From NCBI GenBank assembly GCA_964016885.1, contig CAXHJY010000861.1, positions 248,001 through 312,000 on the forward strand: 64,000 bases of DNA, in the 5' to 3' direction. Positions 28,778 through 41,538 of this stretch are shown in pieces. The stretch's first letter is position 1. Every line of letters starts with the position of its first letter. Source of the stretch: Eledone cirrhosa. Lineage: Eukaryota. The notes under the pieces are model-generated. The model was not told the origin of the DNA and searched no databases. It saw only the letters and a list, made by a program, of their open reading frames with translations. The translations under genes and the position numbers were made by a program.

Positions 28778-31700
28778 AGTTTCTGTTTTGACATGTCCTG
28801 GTGTGATGTTGAAGAGAGCAGGGCCAATTGAGGTGAAATAATTGTGCCGTATTGTTGTTATGAGTTGCGATTTAGAGTTTTGTTTGGGATGGATAGCACG
28901 TGGCCCAAGCCTTGGGTGTATTTTGAAGGTGATGCCAACATCATTTGGGCAGTGCTGATGAAACATTTTCCACATCATGCAGATAATATAACGCTCACGG
29001 CGACGTTGGAGTAAGTAAAGTTTCAGCTTTTCTAGTTGACCCCAGTAGTCAAGGTCTGACATGCCATCTATCTTTTTCATGATTGCCCTTTGGGGAGCTT
29101 CAAGTTTCATGATACTTTGTTTCATGTAGGGAGACCACAGTGGACAACAGTATTCAAGGTGTGGTCGGGCAAAAGAGAAGGATAATGGTGTGGGAATCTC
29201 TCGACTGGAAGATTCTGAGGATCCAGGAACACATTCTGCGGGCCATGTCAACTTTGCTGCTTATATGCGTGTTCCAGCTTATGTTGCTGTCCACGGTTAC
29301 TCCCAAGTCTCTGGTGTTGTTAGATGCCACGAGAGTTTCACCGGAGGGAAGGGAGTACGGGAGTTTCAGAGCATCCTCTTTTCCAAAGTGGATCAGTTCG
29401 AATTTGTCTTCGTTCAGTAACATGTTGTTCTTTTCCGTCCATTGAGTAACAGCCAGTAGGTCTGACTGAAGGCTTATCCGGTCATCCACGCCATTGATGA
29501 CCTTTTGGAGCTTGGAATCATCAGCGAAAATTCTAATGTTGCTGTGTCTGATGATGTCAGTGATGTCATTAATATAAATGATGAAGAGAAGTGGGCCCAA
29601 CACAGTGCCTTGTGGGACCCCACTACTGGCTTTGGCTGGGCTGGATTTGACTCCTTCGACTACATGTTGGGTTCTGTTTGACAGGAAGCTCTTGATCCAC
29701 TGCAGCAGCTTTCCAGTGACACCAATATTGGACAGCTTTCTCAGTAGAATGTTGTGATCAACCCTGTCAAAGGACTTGCTGAAATCAAGGTAGATAACAT
29801 CAGTGTTGGAACCCTCTCCCAAGGCTCTCAAAATGTCATCAAAGTGATGCAGTAGCTGCGTCAGGCAATCCCTTCCATTACGGAATCCATGCTGGTTGGA
29901 GTTCAGCATATTGTTACTCTCAAGGAAGTGAGTCATTCGCGATCTCACCACTCTCTCAAATACCTTAATGATATGAGAGGTGAGTGAGATTGGACGGTAA
30001 TTCACGGCAAGGGATTTGTTTCCTCTTTTGAAAACTGGGACAACAGACTGGGATAGGTTTTCTGGCACATATCCAGCATCCAGTGAGTTCCGCCACAGAT
30101 TGGCAAGAGGAGATGCAAGTTGGTGTTGACACGCCTTCAAGACACAAGCAGGGAACCTATCGGGACCTACTGCTGAATTATGCTTGATTTCCTTTATTGC
30201 TGCTAAGACACCAGGGGCGCCAAACGTTATGTCCGATAAGGTGTAATGGGGAGTAACATCGCCGATACAGCCCAGATCGGCCATATCAGGATTGCTGAAA
30301 ACAGAGCAGTATTGTTTTTGCAGTATTTCACCCATGGTTTTAGCATTGTCTTGAAGAGTGCCATTTTCATCAATTAGAGGGCCAACAGTAGAGCCAGTGA
30401 TTTTGTGTTTTTTTGCAAATGAAAAGAACACTTTGGGATAGAGTTTGATCTTCTCAATGGCCAAGGCCTCTTCAGCTAATCTCTGATTGTTGATGATAGA
30501 CATCATATTGTTTTGGAGGTTATGTTTTTTAATTTCTAGTGATGAAATGGCAGTCAAGTTGATGTGTTGCTGCTGACAGTATTTCAGCTTGTTGATTTTT
30601 TTTGTTAGTTCTCTTAATTTTCCTGATGAGCGTTTTTCTATTTCTAGGGATTCTGCTCTTAGATTTGTTTATACTTCTTAATGGGGTGTGTTTTGCACAT
30701 ATGATTGTAACAGTGTCCACAAATGTCTGCCAGGACTTTTTGATGTTAGTGGGTGTGTGAGTGTGCGTGAAGGACCAGTCGACATGTGCAAGATCATGAC
30801 TGATCGCTTCCCAGTTTGCATTGTGGAAATCCATAGCGTCAAACGGATGGACAGGAGAGATGACATTGGGTTTGTATATTGGACGGTGGAATCTCAGATC
30901 ACAGAGAACCATGTCATGATTAGAGAGTAGAGTTTTCTCCACTGCAATATTGTGGGTAGTGTCAGTGTGATTGCTGAAAATTAAGTCTAGGACGTTTTTG
31001 TGGCACCTCGTTGGTTCGAGCACCAGTTGGGACAGGAAGAAATCATCCATGAAGTCAAGAAGCAATTCCACTGCTTCCCTGTCAGAGGTTGAGGCAGAAG
31101 AACCTGGTGGCAGGCTGTTTGTGGACCAGTCAACTCCGGGGAGGTTGAAGTCCCCCATCATTAAGATGTTGTCAGGGTGACACTCTTGGATGAAACACTT
31201 TATGCTGTTGAGGCATTCCTTGAAGCATGGTACAGGCGTTTGGGGTGGCCTATAGAGCCCAACTACTATTAGGTTGTTGGTTTGACTGAATACAGTGACT
31301 GCTTCGCAGTATCCATTAGTAAATTTGTTCATAGCCTCTGTTGAGAAAGAATTATGGACATAAATGGCAGTCCCACCCTTTCTTCTGCCAGCGCGATCAG
31401 CACGGATGGCTTTGAAATTTTTCACTTTCACCTCGGCTTCCAAGTGGAGGTTACTGAGATGGGTTTCAGTGAGGACGAAGAAAGGGATGTGGTTTGGATG
31501 GACATCAACCCAGTCCTCCAGGAATTTGATTTTCCATTTTTGAGTATTGGTGGAAGGGCTGATGCCTTGGGCGTTAAGCAAAAATGTTGAGGCGAGAGTG
31601 GATGGTTTTAATTGTTTTGGTGTGTTGTTAATTTGTTTGTTTGTTAATGGCAGCAATGGGAGTTTGTGCAGTGGGGTGATAGTGGAGGGTGGTGCTGGGT

Positions 31701-33073
31701 GATAGCTCAAATGTTTTTTTTCCAGTTCTTTTGCCAGATTCATTATGGCTAAAAAAGAGGAAGAATTTTCCTGTTTAGGAGACTGTTGGTGACTGTGGTA
31801 GTGGTTATTTTTATGTAGGTTATGGTTTTTGTTTTTGCTTTTATTTTTTTTTCATTTGTCCGACGGGTCCCCGGGAGTTGGGTAAAGGGACAATCCCAGT
31901 GTAAACACAATCTGTCTCGCAGGGAAAAACGGCAGATTTGTGGATTCCTTGTTTGAGTTATTGGTGGTTGTGTTGGTGTTAAATTAGAACATGTATTATG
32001 GTGGTGGCTGTTTGTGGGGATAGACCGTTTTGTCCTAGGTAAATGGGTGAATTTGCAGCCACTATCCTTACATATTCTATAGCGTAGAGAGTAGCGGCAA
32101 ATGATGGGGTTTCGAGTGGGTGTGTATGTGTGTGTGTGTGTTGTGAGAGGTGTAGATGATAGTTTGAGTAGGTTTTGACGACCTTTGTGGGCTGTGGGAG
32201 GGAGAGTTCTTGTACTGGTATTAGAAGGTAAATTCCTTAAGATAGCAGTAGGCAAAGATGTAGTAGTAGTATTAGTAGGCAGAGGAGATGTTGGCAGTGG
32301 TGATGATTGGACTGCTGGGGCAGAGAAAGGAAGAAGCGTTTCCTGCTGTGAGACAGTGGCTACTGGGAGGTCAATAGTTTCATTTAGTAGTTCGGCCATT
32401 GTTGATGAATCAAGGAGTGGTTCACACTGTTGTTGTTGTTGTCGTTGTTGTTGTTGCTGTTGTTGTTGTAGCTGTTGTTGTTGTTGCCGTTGTTGCTGCT
32501 GTTGTTGTTGTTGCTGCTGTTGCTGCTGCTGGACAGCATTCGAAGAAAAAACACACAATAGTTTATCCAAATGTTTATTGATTAATTTAAAAGCAACTTC
32601 GATTTGCTTTAATTTATTTTGAATCTGTTGTTCAGATCGGGTTTTCAAAAGGTGAACTGTACGTTTAGCAATTTCGTTCAGACATGAAGCATCTATGTCT
32701 TCTGTTTGGGTAAGGCAATGCCATGTGTTTATTAGAATGTCGATTTCATTATCAGACCAGTTCTGTTTGGATTTTTCCTGGTTAGCCATTCTAGTTTTGA
32801 GTGTGTGTGTTTTAGTTAAGTATTTCAATATATATATATATATTGTTTTTTTTTTTTGTTTTTTTCTTGTGTGTGATTGAGAAGTGTATATATAAATATG
32901 AGTATATATAAATAAATATATTCTGGTTATTTCAAATTAATGAAATTAATGAAAAGACGAAAGTATATAATAATTTGTAGTTAAAGGAATATGTACTCAC
33001 AAGTTGGTAAACACGTGGTTTCAAATATATAAGAATATAGATGTATGTAAATGTAATTGACCGGTCAATTTGG

Positions 33074-33075
<2 letters not shown>
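28775..33075 (-). mobile_element. CR1-group LINE family 1, near full-length (ORF1 + frameshifted APE-RT ORF2), 3' end missing
   Basis: APE (LNAQG, LTETHL, YRPP, MGDFN, LDLIF, SNH) 30529..31743; RT 29154..30557 nearly identical to 13984-15929; 5' boundary approximate. Confidence 0.92.
31749..32789 (-). CDS. LINE ORF1-like protein with polyQ, Thr/Pro-rich linker and CCCH-like zinc fingers
   Basis: Open frame immediately upstream of ORF2; CRYSLRYRICKDSGCKFTH plus a degenerate second copy; ATG at 32789. Confidence 0.75.
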   Translation of the reverse strand: MANQEKSKQNWSDNEIDILINTWHCLTQTEDIDASCLNEIAKRTVHLLKTRSEQQIQNKLKQIEVAFKLINKHLDKLLCVFSSNAVQQQQQQQQQQQQQQRQQQQQLQQQQQQQQRQQQQQCEPLLDSSTMAELLNETIDLPVATVSQQETLLPFSAPAVQSSPLPTSPLPTNTTTTSLPTAILRNLPSNTSTRTLPPTAHKGRQNLLKLSSTPLTTHTHTYTPTRNPIICRYSLRYRICKDSGCKFTHLPRTKRSIPTNSHHHNTCSNLTPTQPPITQTRNPQICRFSLRDRLCLHWDCPFTQLPGTRRTNEKKIKAKTKTITYIKITTTTVTNSLLNRKILPLF

Positions 33076-33117
<42 letters not shown>

Positions 33118-33123
33118 ACATGT

Positions 33124-34202
33124 ATCATCATCATCATCATCATCAGGTTTAGCGTCCGTGTTCCACGCTTGCATGGGTTTGGACGGGGGTTTTCCCAATT
33201 GAGGCAAGAGTGGTTGTCTTGCTCGCATAGGACTGTCTGGCGGGTTTTCTAGTTGGATGCCCTTCCTAACACCAACCACATTTACAGTGTGGGGCTGGGA
33301 GGTTTTTACCGTGTTGCCTACACGGCCACATTTACAGCGTGGACTGTGTGTTTTTTGTCGTGACACCTACACGATCTCATTTGTTTCGGCCTGGATGTTG
33401 TGGGACCAACATAACTTTACATTGAAAGGGGTGGTGTGGGTGGGGTGGAGGTGGTGGGACGGGGGTGTGTTTTGATAGAGATGCCTACTGACTGTAGTAG
33501 GTTTTTACTTTGTATTTAGGTAAGGCGGGTCTTCTCTATTACTGAGTACCGCCAAAGGTCTCGGTCCAGTGACATTGTCTTGGAGAGGTGTAAGCGTGTG
33601 AGGTCGGAATTTATCAGCTCGTCCCATGTTTTTCTGGGTCTGCCTACTCCGTGGCTACCGTCTATCTTTATTGCCCTGCACTTTGTTATACAGCTGTCGT
33701 CTTTCATGCGCATCACGTGACCGTACCAACGTAGCCTTCTCTCGAGTAAACAACATCTGATCCCTCTTATTTCTAATTTTTTCCTTAGTTCGTTTATGCT
33801 TTGCCGTTCACGTATATTACTATTGCACATCCAGCGGAGCATGCAAGCTTCGTTCCTCTCTAGTCTGCGTATATCCTCTGCACACAATGCCCAGGTCTCA
33901 CTGCCATGCAGCATTGCTGTTCGTATGCAGGCATCGTATAACCTGCCTTTCATTTTTAGGGAGAACCCTCTAGCGGCTAATAGTGGTATAAGCTCTCTGA
34001 ACTTTTTCCATCCAGTTCTGACTCTAGCTACTGTACTTTCAGAGCACCCTCCCCCACTGCTGATTTTGTCACCCAGATAACGGAAGCTGTCCACTATTTC
34101 TATAGAACCCTCTGCGCAGTTGAAGGAGCTAGTATTTTGTGGGCACTTGCTGCTACTTATTGCACCAGAGCACCGGCCACATGTAAAATCTATGTTCTTA
34201 GT
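33124..34202 (-). mobile_element. RTE family A, 5'-truncated 3' fragment with (GAT)n tail
   Basis: ORF 33516..34094 matches family A C-terminus. Confidence 0.93.
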
Positions 34203-34255
34203 ATGTATATATATATATATGTGTGTGTGTACATGTATATATATATATATATGTA

Positions 34256-34620
34256 TATCATCATCATCACCGTTTTACGTCCGTTCTTCCACGCTAGCAT
34301 GGGTTAGACGGGTTGTCCTGTTGTGGGCAGTGTCTGGTCGGCTGACCATGCCTTGCTCATACAGGAACTGATCTGGCTTGATTTCTACAGCTGGATGCCC
34401 TTCCTAACACCAACCTCATTTACAGTGAGTGCTGGGTGCTTTTTCGTGGCGCCTACACGTCCACTTTACAGTGTGGGCTGGGTGCTTTTTTGCCGTGGCA
34501 CCTCCACGACCACCTTGCGGTGGGGGGAGTGGGGGCATATTGTTTATATGCTTCAGCATGTACCCATGGGAGGTCGGGTACCCTCTATTACTGCGTGACG
34601 CCAGAAGTCACGGTCGTGTG
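34256..34620 (-). mobile_element. RTE family B 3' end
   Basis: Direct near-identical repeat of 34640-35010. Confidence 0.9.
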
Positions 34621-34639
34621 TATATATATATGTGTGTGT

Positions 34640-36360
34640 ACATCATCATCATCATCATCACCGTTTTACGTCCGTTCTTCCACGCTAGCATGGGTTAGAC
34701 GGGTTGTCCTGTTGTGGGCAGTGTCTGGTCGGCTGACCATGCCTTGCTCATACAGGAACTGATCTGGCTTGATTTCTACAGCTGGATGCCCTTCCTAACA
34801 CCAACCTCATTTACAGTGAGTGCTGGGTGCTTTTTCGTGGCGCCTACACGTCCACTTTACAGTGTGGGCTGGGTGCTTTTTTGCCGTGGCACCTCCACGG
34901 CCACCTTGCGGTGGAGGGGGGGCGGCATATTGTTTATATGCTTCAGCATGTACCCATGGGAGGTCGGGTACCCTGTATTACTGCGTGACGCCAGAAGTCA
35001 CGGTCGTGTGTCATTGACTTTGAGAGGTGTAGTTGGGTAAGGTCGGCTTTTATCACCTCATCCCAAGTCATCTTGGGTCTCCCCACTCCGCGGTTTCCAT
35101 CAACTTCTAGTGCTCTGCACCTTTTTATGCAGCTGTCATCCTTCATACGCATCACATGTCCATACCAGCGTAACCGCCTCTCCTGCACGCAGCATTTGAT
35201 TCCTCTTATGCTCAGTCTCTCTCTCAATTCCTTTATGCTTTGTCGTTCACGTATATTACTGTTACACATCCATCGGAGCATGCAGGCTTCGTTTCTCTCT
35301 AATCTACGTAAGTCTTCCACCTTCAGCGCCCAGGTCTCACTACCATGCAACATCGCTGTTCGGATACACACATCATACAGTCTGCCTTTCATTCTGAGGG
35401 AGAAGCCTTTTGCAGCTAGCAGTGGTAGTAGTTCCCTAAACTTCTTCCATCCCGTTCTTACCCTAGTTATTGTACTTTCTGAGCACCCACCTCCGTTGCT
35501 AATTCGGTCACCTAGGTAGCAGAAGCTGTCTACTGTTTCTACAGGGCCCTCCCGGAGATTGGTGGTACTTGTTTCCTGTGGCTGTTTGCTTGCTGTTTCA
35601 GCACAGCTGCTGCATGTGAATCCTACATTCTTAATTAAGCTTCCTGAGATCCCGCTACATCTCTTGTGTACCCATTGTTTGCATTTGGGGCAGAGAATGG
35701 AGTTTCTACCTACACCTTTCCTACATACTGAGCAAGGCCATTTCCCTGAGGGGATCTGGGTTCTGTTTTCTCGTCTACTTACAAGGACCTTAGTCTTTGT
35801 CATGTTGACTTTGAGGCCCTTTCTCTCTAGTCCCTGCTTCCAGGTTTGGAATTTATTCTCTAGTTCTACCATAGATTCAGCTATGAGTGCGAGGTCATCA
35901 GCATACAGGAGTTCCCATGGGCATCCGGTCTTAAACTCCTCCGTTATTGCCTGCAGGACTATGATGAACAGGAGAGGGCTAAGAACAGAGCCCTGGTGGA
36001 CCCCAACCTGTACGCTAAATTCCTCGCTATACTCATTGCCAATCCTAACTTTGCTGACTGCTCCCCTATACATGGCTTGTACCGCTTTCACAAGCCATTC
36101 ATCTACTCCTAGTTTTCTAAGAGCCCACCAGATTACTGCACGTGGAACTCTGTCAAAGGCTTTCTCAAGGTCGACAAATGCCAAGTAGAGTGGCTTACTT
36201 TTAGCTAGGTACTTTTCCTGTAATTGCCTCACAAGGAAGAGGGCATCAGTGGTGCCTTTCCCTGGTACAAACCCAAATTGCATCTCGTCTATATTCACCC
36301 GGTCCCTAATCAGCTGTGCTATAACTCTTTCTGTTACTTTCATGACCTGGTCCATCAACT
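34640..36360 (-). mobile_element. RTE family B, 5'-truncated, open RT + PHD frame (34943-36360)
   Basis: [40 protein letters not shown]; diverged from family A. Confidence 0.93.
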
Positions 36361-36526
36361 GTACATGTATATATATATATGTGTGTGTGTGTGTGCATGT
36401 ATATATATATATATATATACATGTATATATATATATATATGTATGTATATATATATATATGTGTACATACACATGTATATATATATATATATATATATGT
36501 ACATGTATATATATATATATATACAT

Positions 36527-36919
36527 AAAATATTAAAAAAATAATGAATAAAACAAAGAAACAGTTCCTTATATTAAACAATAATTATTTCTGAAGACAG
36601 CATATATATGTGATGGTATGTATATACTCCTTGATAGTTTGTATAATTTTGTACATAGATCTTTTGAATATGCATGCCAATTCTAACACATATATGTCCT
36701 AGAAACGATCGTTAAATAATGAACTTTTTTTGTTTAATATAAGGAACTGTTTCTTTGTTTTATTCATTATTTTTTTATATTTTATCTTGACTCTGTATTC
36801 CGTTTATCTTTCACCGAAAGTGATTTTTGAATGCATCTCTTCTTTCCATGATATCCGGATTACATTGAGTTCTTCATACGGATTGGACACTACCGTAAAC
36901 TTTTGGTAGATTTATCTAC
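36527..36919 (+). mobile_element. Small ORF-less hammerhead-containing element with ~55 bp inverted arms (36527-36581 / 36732-36784), flanked by (TA)n
   Basis: Direct inverted match AAAATATTAAAAAAATAATG...TATTAAACA. Confidence 0.75.
36584..36720 (+). ncRNA. Type I hammerhead ribozyme with ~105-nt stem II
   Basis: ATTATTT-CTGAAGA-(cagcatatatatgtg...cacatatatgtccta)-GAAA-c gatc g-TT-AAATAAT; 7-bp stem I, palindromic stem III. Confidence 0.75.
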
Positions 36920-36944
36920 TATATATATATATACATGTATATAT

Positions 36945-37555
36945 AAAGGGCAAAGGAACTCCTGGGAGCTCTTAGAGCTCTTGGAGTCAATGGCCATCCA
37001 AAACCAGCACGGCCCGCTGAAAGGCACTGCAGTGCCGGAAAAGTCACATTCCTTGACGTTACTTCCTGCTACGAGTATGCTGGTAAGCTAGTACAACGTA
37101 TCTCCAGACGGATAGAGTGGGTCCGTAGCTTTGGTTAGCGACTACTCTAGTGTTTGCAACACGAACAATTAGGGCGAAGGTATAAATGCCAGGTTGGTAT
37201 CTGGCGCCGGGTAACCCACCACACGGAGGAGGAAGCACCTTCTTCAAGACTTGGCTGTCAAATTCTTTCACATGTGTGTAGTAGTGGCGCCCACACACAT
37301 TATTAGCTACTTCAAAATATGATGGATTTCGCAACTAACTGCACCAGGGTTCCTGTTCCTCAGGGAACCACACTATATGGTATACCTGTTGATATAGGTC
37401 CAGCCCCTGCCTTCCCGGGTCCTGTTTCTGATCATAATGATCTCTAGGGATACGGGAATCAATAGACAGGAGCTGGGGGCAGCGATGGGGGACGGCGAAT
37501 TCTAGGGCATGAGAGTGAGATCCATCATCTCGACAGTAGTAGAAGAATGATGATG

Positions 37556-37558
<3 letters not shown>
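36945..37558 (+). mobile_element. Unclassified, probably non-autonomous retroelement fragment with (GAT)n-type tail
   Basis: Starts AAAGGGCAAAGG...GCCATCCAAAA like the minus strand of 44907-44948; ends GAATGATGATGAT. Confidence 0.5.
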
Positions 37559-37589
<31 letters not shown>

Positions 37590-37601
37590 GTGTACATACA
37601 C

Positions 37602-37912
37602 ATCATCATCATCACCGTTTTACGTCCGTTTTCCACGCTAGCATGGGTTAGACGGGTTGTCCTGTTGTGGGCAGTGTCTGGTCGGCTGACCATGCCTTGC
37701 TCATACAGGAACTGATTTGGCTTGGTTTCTACAGCTGGATGCCCTTCCTAACACCAACCTCATTTACAGTGAGTGCTGGGTACTTTTTTCGTGGCGCCTA
37801 CACGTCCACTTTACAGTGTGGGCTGGGTGCTTTTTTTCCGTGGCACCTCCACGACCACCTTGCGGTGGGGGGTGTGGGGGCATATTGTCTATATGCTTCA
37901 GCTTGTACCCAT
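37602..37912 (-). mobile_element. RTE family B 3' end
   Basis: Matches 34640-34955. Confidence 0.9.
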
Positions 37913-37999
37913 GTATATATGTATATATATGTACACATGTATATATATATATATGTGTACATACACATGTATATATATATATATATAGGAACAAGTAAG

Positions 38000-38093
38000 A
38001 CCCCGACGGCTGAGCTCAAGCCGTTTCGACGGCTAATTCTGTACTGAATGAAAGTTTATTCTGGTATTTAAATAGCCGAACTTATCAAGGGGT
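38000..38093 (-). ncRNA. Type I hammerhead ribozyme (U3-A8 variant, GUC) at PLE5 3' end
   Basis: Minus strand: ACCCC-TTGATAA-gttcggcta...tagccgtc-GAAA-cggct tgagctc agccg-TC-GGGGT. Confidence 0.8.
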
Positions 38094-41000
38094 AATTCCA
38101 TATATGGTCAAAGAGATAATCACCAGGATTGGTCACATCACAAGTTAGTAGTAAATCTGTGATGGCAAGTTGGTGGGGGAAGGGGTAGCTAAACCTGCCG
38201 GTAGGAGAAAAAGGGAGAGGGGGTGGAGTAGACCCATTCATGCGTTGGTAGTGCCAGCTACAGCTGGGTGTGAGGTCAAAGAGGATACTGGGGAGGGGGA
38301 GGGGGAGGAGGTCGAAACGTTAAGTAGAACAATGAAAGGTAAAACTATAAAAGGTACTGAGAGAAAAAAAAAAAATAAGCCAATTCTGGTGACTAAGACT
38401 TAAGTCACTCGCTATTGCTAGGCTAAAGAAATACATAAATAAATAAATAAACAAATAAGTGAATAAAAGAATAGATAAATAAATTTAAAAAAAAATTTAA
38501 AAAAAAAATATATATATATATATATATAATGTAGAATAAAAAAAAATATATATATATATATATATAATGTAGAATAAAAAAAAATATATATATATATATA
38601 TAATGTAGAATAAAAAAATAAATAATAATAATAGAAATAAACTAGGTGGGACGGAAATAAAGGGACCCTTATACGAGGTATAAGTGCGTGTATCGTACGG
38701 TGACGGGTCAACAAAGGGGGGGCCAGAATACTAAAGAGACTACCACGAAAATAATAAAGGTTTCTACCCCAAACACAGGGCCAGCAACCACCCAGTGCAA
38801 GAAAGTAAACTAGTACGAGAATATAATTCAGGGTCCCGCAAAAAAATACTAGTGCTAACTCTAAGGGTACCGCGAAGAAACAAAAAGTCTTATAGAAGCT
38901 ACATGAAAAATCGGACGAAGTAAAAGTAAAGAACGGAAAATTAATACAGGAACCCCCCCCCCCCAAAAAAAGGGAAAAAGAAAAAAGAGATACTGGATAA
39001 ACGAGAAATTAAAGCAAAGATGCCACTAAGAAATATAGAAGGCACGGAAAAAAGAGACAGCGGTCGGAGAAGGGGGCGAGTATCCGAAGTCTAACACCTC
39101 TGCTATAAAAAGCGGAGTCAGCCAAATCTATCATAGAATAGGGGAGGGGGTGGGGGTGCTGAAGCTACAAGGGACCGATGGGCTACCTCGGGTGGGCGAG
39201 AAAAAGACGACGACAAAGAAAGGGAACTGGGGTAGAAGGACTAGGGGGGGGATGGGGGAGAATGAGGAAATATAGAGGAAGCGATAAAAGAATGTAAAAG
39301 AAGATCTTACGTCTCCATAGGCAAGCAGGGGTTACCCATTACAAAATAGGCAAGTGGGGTGTTATAGCCCTAGTCTACCCCCCCCCCCCCCCGAGTCATT
39401 ATGGGGTTTGAGGGCGAGGTAAGTCCTACGTAATTGGTGTTTACATGCAGTAACCAGTTCATCTTTCTTGTTTAGGAGTTGGTCCGTCGAAAACAGCATT
39501 TGTAATGTTTCCTCCGAGCATAAGTTGCACGGACGGCGTCCTCCCGTGTAAGAGTTGGCTCTGGACAGTAATTTCCAAGTGAGATCATAGTTGATGTTGT
39601 TGTCCTTGAGGTCCCATATGTGGCCCGGAAGTGTAGTGGCGTGACGCCGGGCCGGGTTTCGGAAGGTATGTCTGTGTTGGTATAGCCGGGTCTTGAAGTC
39701 ACATGCAGTTAATCCTATATAAGCTTTGTTGGAGGTGTCCGTGCTCACGTTGCACTGGTAGATCACATTACGGTCTCTGCATCTGTTGTCGAGGGGGCAA
39801 CTGGATCTATCAGGACAGTTGCACCTCCTGGTCGGCTCTCCACTGCTATTTAGGTTGTTTCATCCATCGGGGTTGAGTTTTTTGTTGTTGGAGGAGACGA
39901 TGTTTTGTGCGAAATTAGGTGTAGTGCTGTAAGAGAGTTTGATGGTATTTTTGTTAATTATGTTGTGGTAGCGGTGTTGTGGTGGGAAGTGTTTTTCAAT
40001 GAGCCTAAAGAAAATTTTCCCGATGGGAGTTGTCACCTCGGCGTTGTGGGGAGGATTGAACCATGTTACATTGCGTGAGCGGCGGTGTCGCTGGTTCCGC
40101 TAATGGGAGCTGGACAGTAGGATATTTCCTCCCGGAAACCACTCCGCTTGAGGGCCTGGTTGTAGTAAGGCGCATGTTCATCGAATATCTTCTCATTGGC
40201 TGACAAACAGGATATACGGAGGGAGATGTTTTTGACCAGGTTGTTGGTGATGTTCCTAGGATGGTTAGATCGGCGGTGGATGTAGTGCAGGTTGTCATTG
40301 GGTTTCCTGTATGGGTAGTACCGGTCATTGAGATCGAGGGTAACGTCCAGGAAATTAACTCGGGTCAGGGACGTTTGTAGGGTTATTTTAAATCCCCAGT
40401 TGCGGAAGAAGCTGATTAATTGTTTACGGACCCGATCTGTACTACTGGGGTTGTACCCTTTAAGGGTAAGGAGCCCATCATCACGGTACAATCCAGCACC
40501 GAAAGCAGGAAACATATCGGTGAGTTTGGCTATAAGGAATAATCCTATAAGATCTGTGACCTCCGCCGAATCCATAGCGCCCATGCTGACGTCGAAGGGT
40601 GAGTCAGGAGCTCTTTTTATCCATTTGGAGTTGTCAAAGAGTAAGACTGTCTTCCTGGCGTGGAGGATGATTTTTCTTTCCTGGTCAGTGATGGGCACAA
40701 GTGCTTCGGCGAAGTCCAAGGCGGCAGTAAGTAGCGGTAAGGTGATGGAAGCATAGTAGCTCTCTATGTCGAACTGGATAAATTTAGTGTCTCGTTTATC
40801 CTCCAAATTGCTGAACCATGAGATAACTTCCTGTGTGTTGATCCATAAGCGTGTTGCTTGACTTTAGGTATCATGCGGTCTAGGATTTTTTTGCTGATTC
40901 TCCCTATGTCGGACTTCGTTGGGTTTATAAGCCTGATAGATGGTTTACGGTCGAAATCGGATTTGTGGTCCTTCAGTGTGAAGTAGGGTGTCCGTGGGTC

Positions 41001-41444
41001 TAGGGGTTCGGTGCGGTCGGCGACCCCGAGGCTGGAGGTAATTTGTTGTCCATCTCGATTAATGTCCTCGATGCATGAGTGGTTGGCCTTTTTATAGGTG
41101 GAGTTTAGGCTGCTCCTGATCAGTGTGTGATATCTGTCGGGGTTGACAAAGTATAGGTTCCCAGTTTTATCCGAATGCACCATGATGTCATTGGTGTTAT
41201 CATACTCTGTTAAGTTGCTACGGAGTTTTTGTAGGAATCGGTTGTGTCTGGGTTTGAATTTAAGGTTCTTGACCAGTTGGAAGAGGTCATTCTCGAAGGG
41301 TGAGGGCAAGGGGTTCGGGGGGGAGATTTGTAGGTAATAAATCCGAATCTCTCCTTGGTACCGAAGTCTTGGTTGTCGCAGATTTTCTACTAACTTGTGA
41401 TGTGACCAATACTGGTGATTACCTCTTTGACCATATATGGAATT

Positions 41445-41538
41445 ACCCCTTGATAAGTTCGGCTATTTAAATACCAGAATAAACTTTCATTCAGTACAGA
41501 ATTAGCCGTCGAAACGGCTTCAGCTCAGCCGTCGGGGT
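41445..41538 (+). ncRNA. Type I hammerhead ribozyme, inverted-arm copy of 38000-38093
   Basis: ACCCC/GGGGT stem I, TTGATAA, CGGCTA/TAGCCG stem II, ACGGCT/AGCCGT stem III, GUC. Confidence 0.8.
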
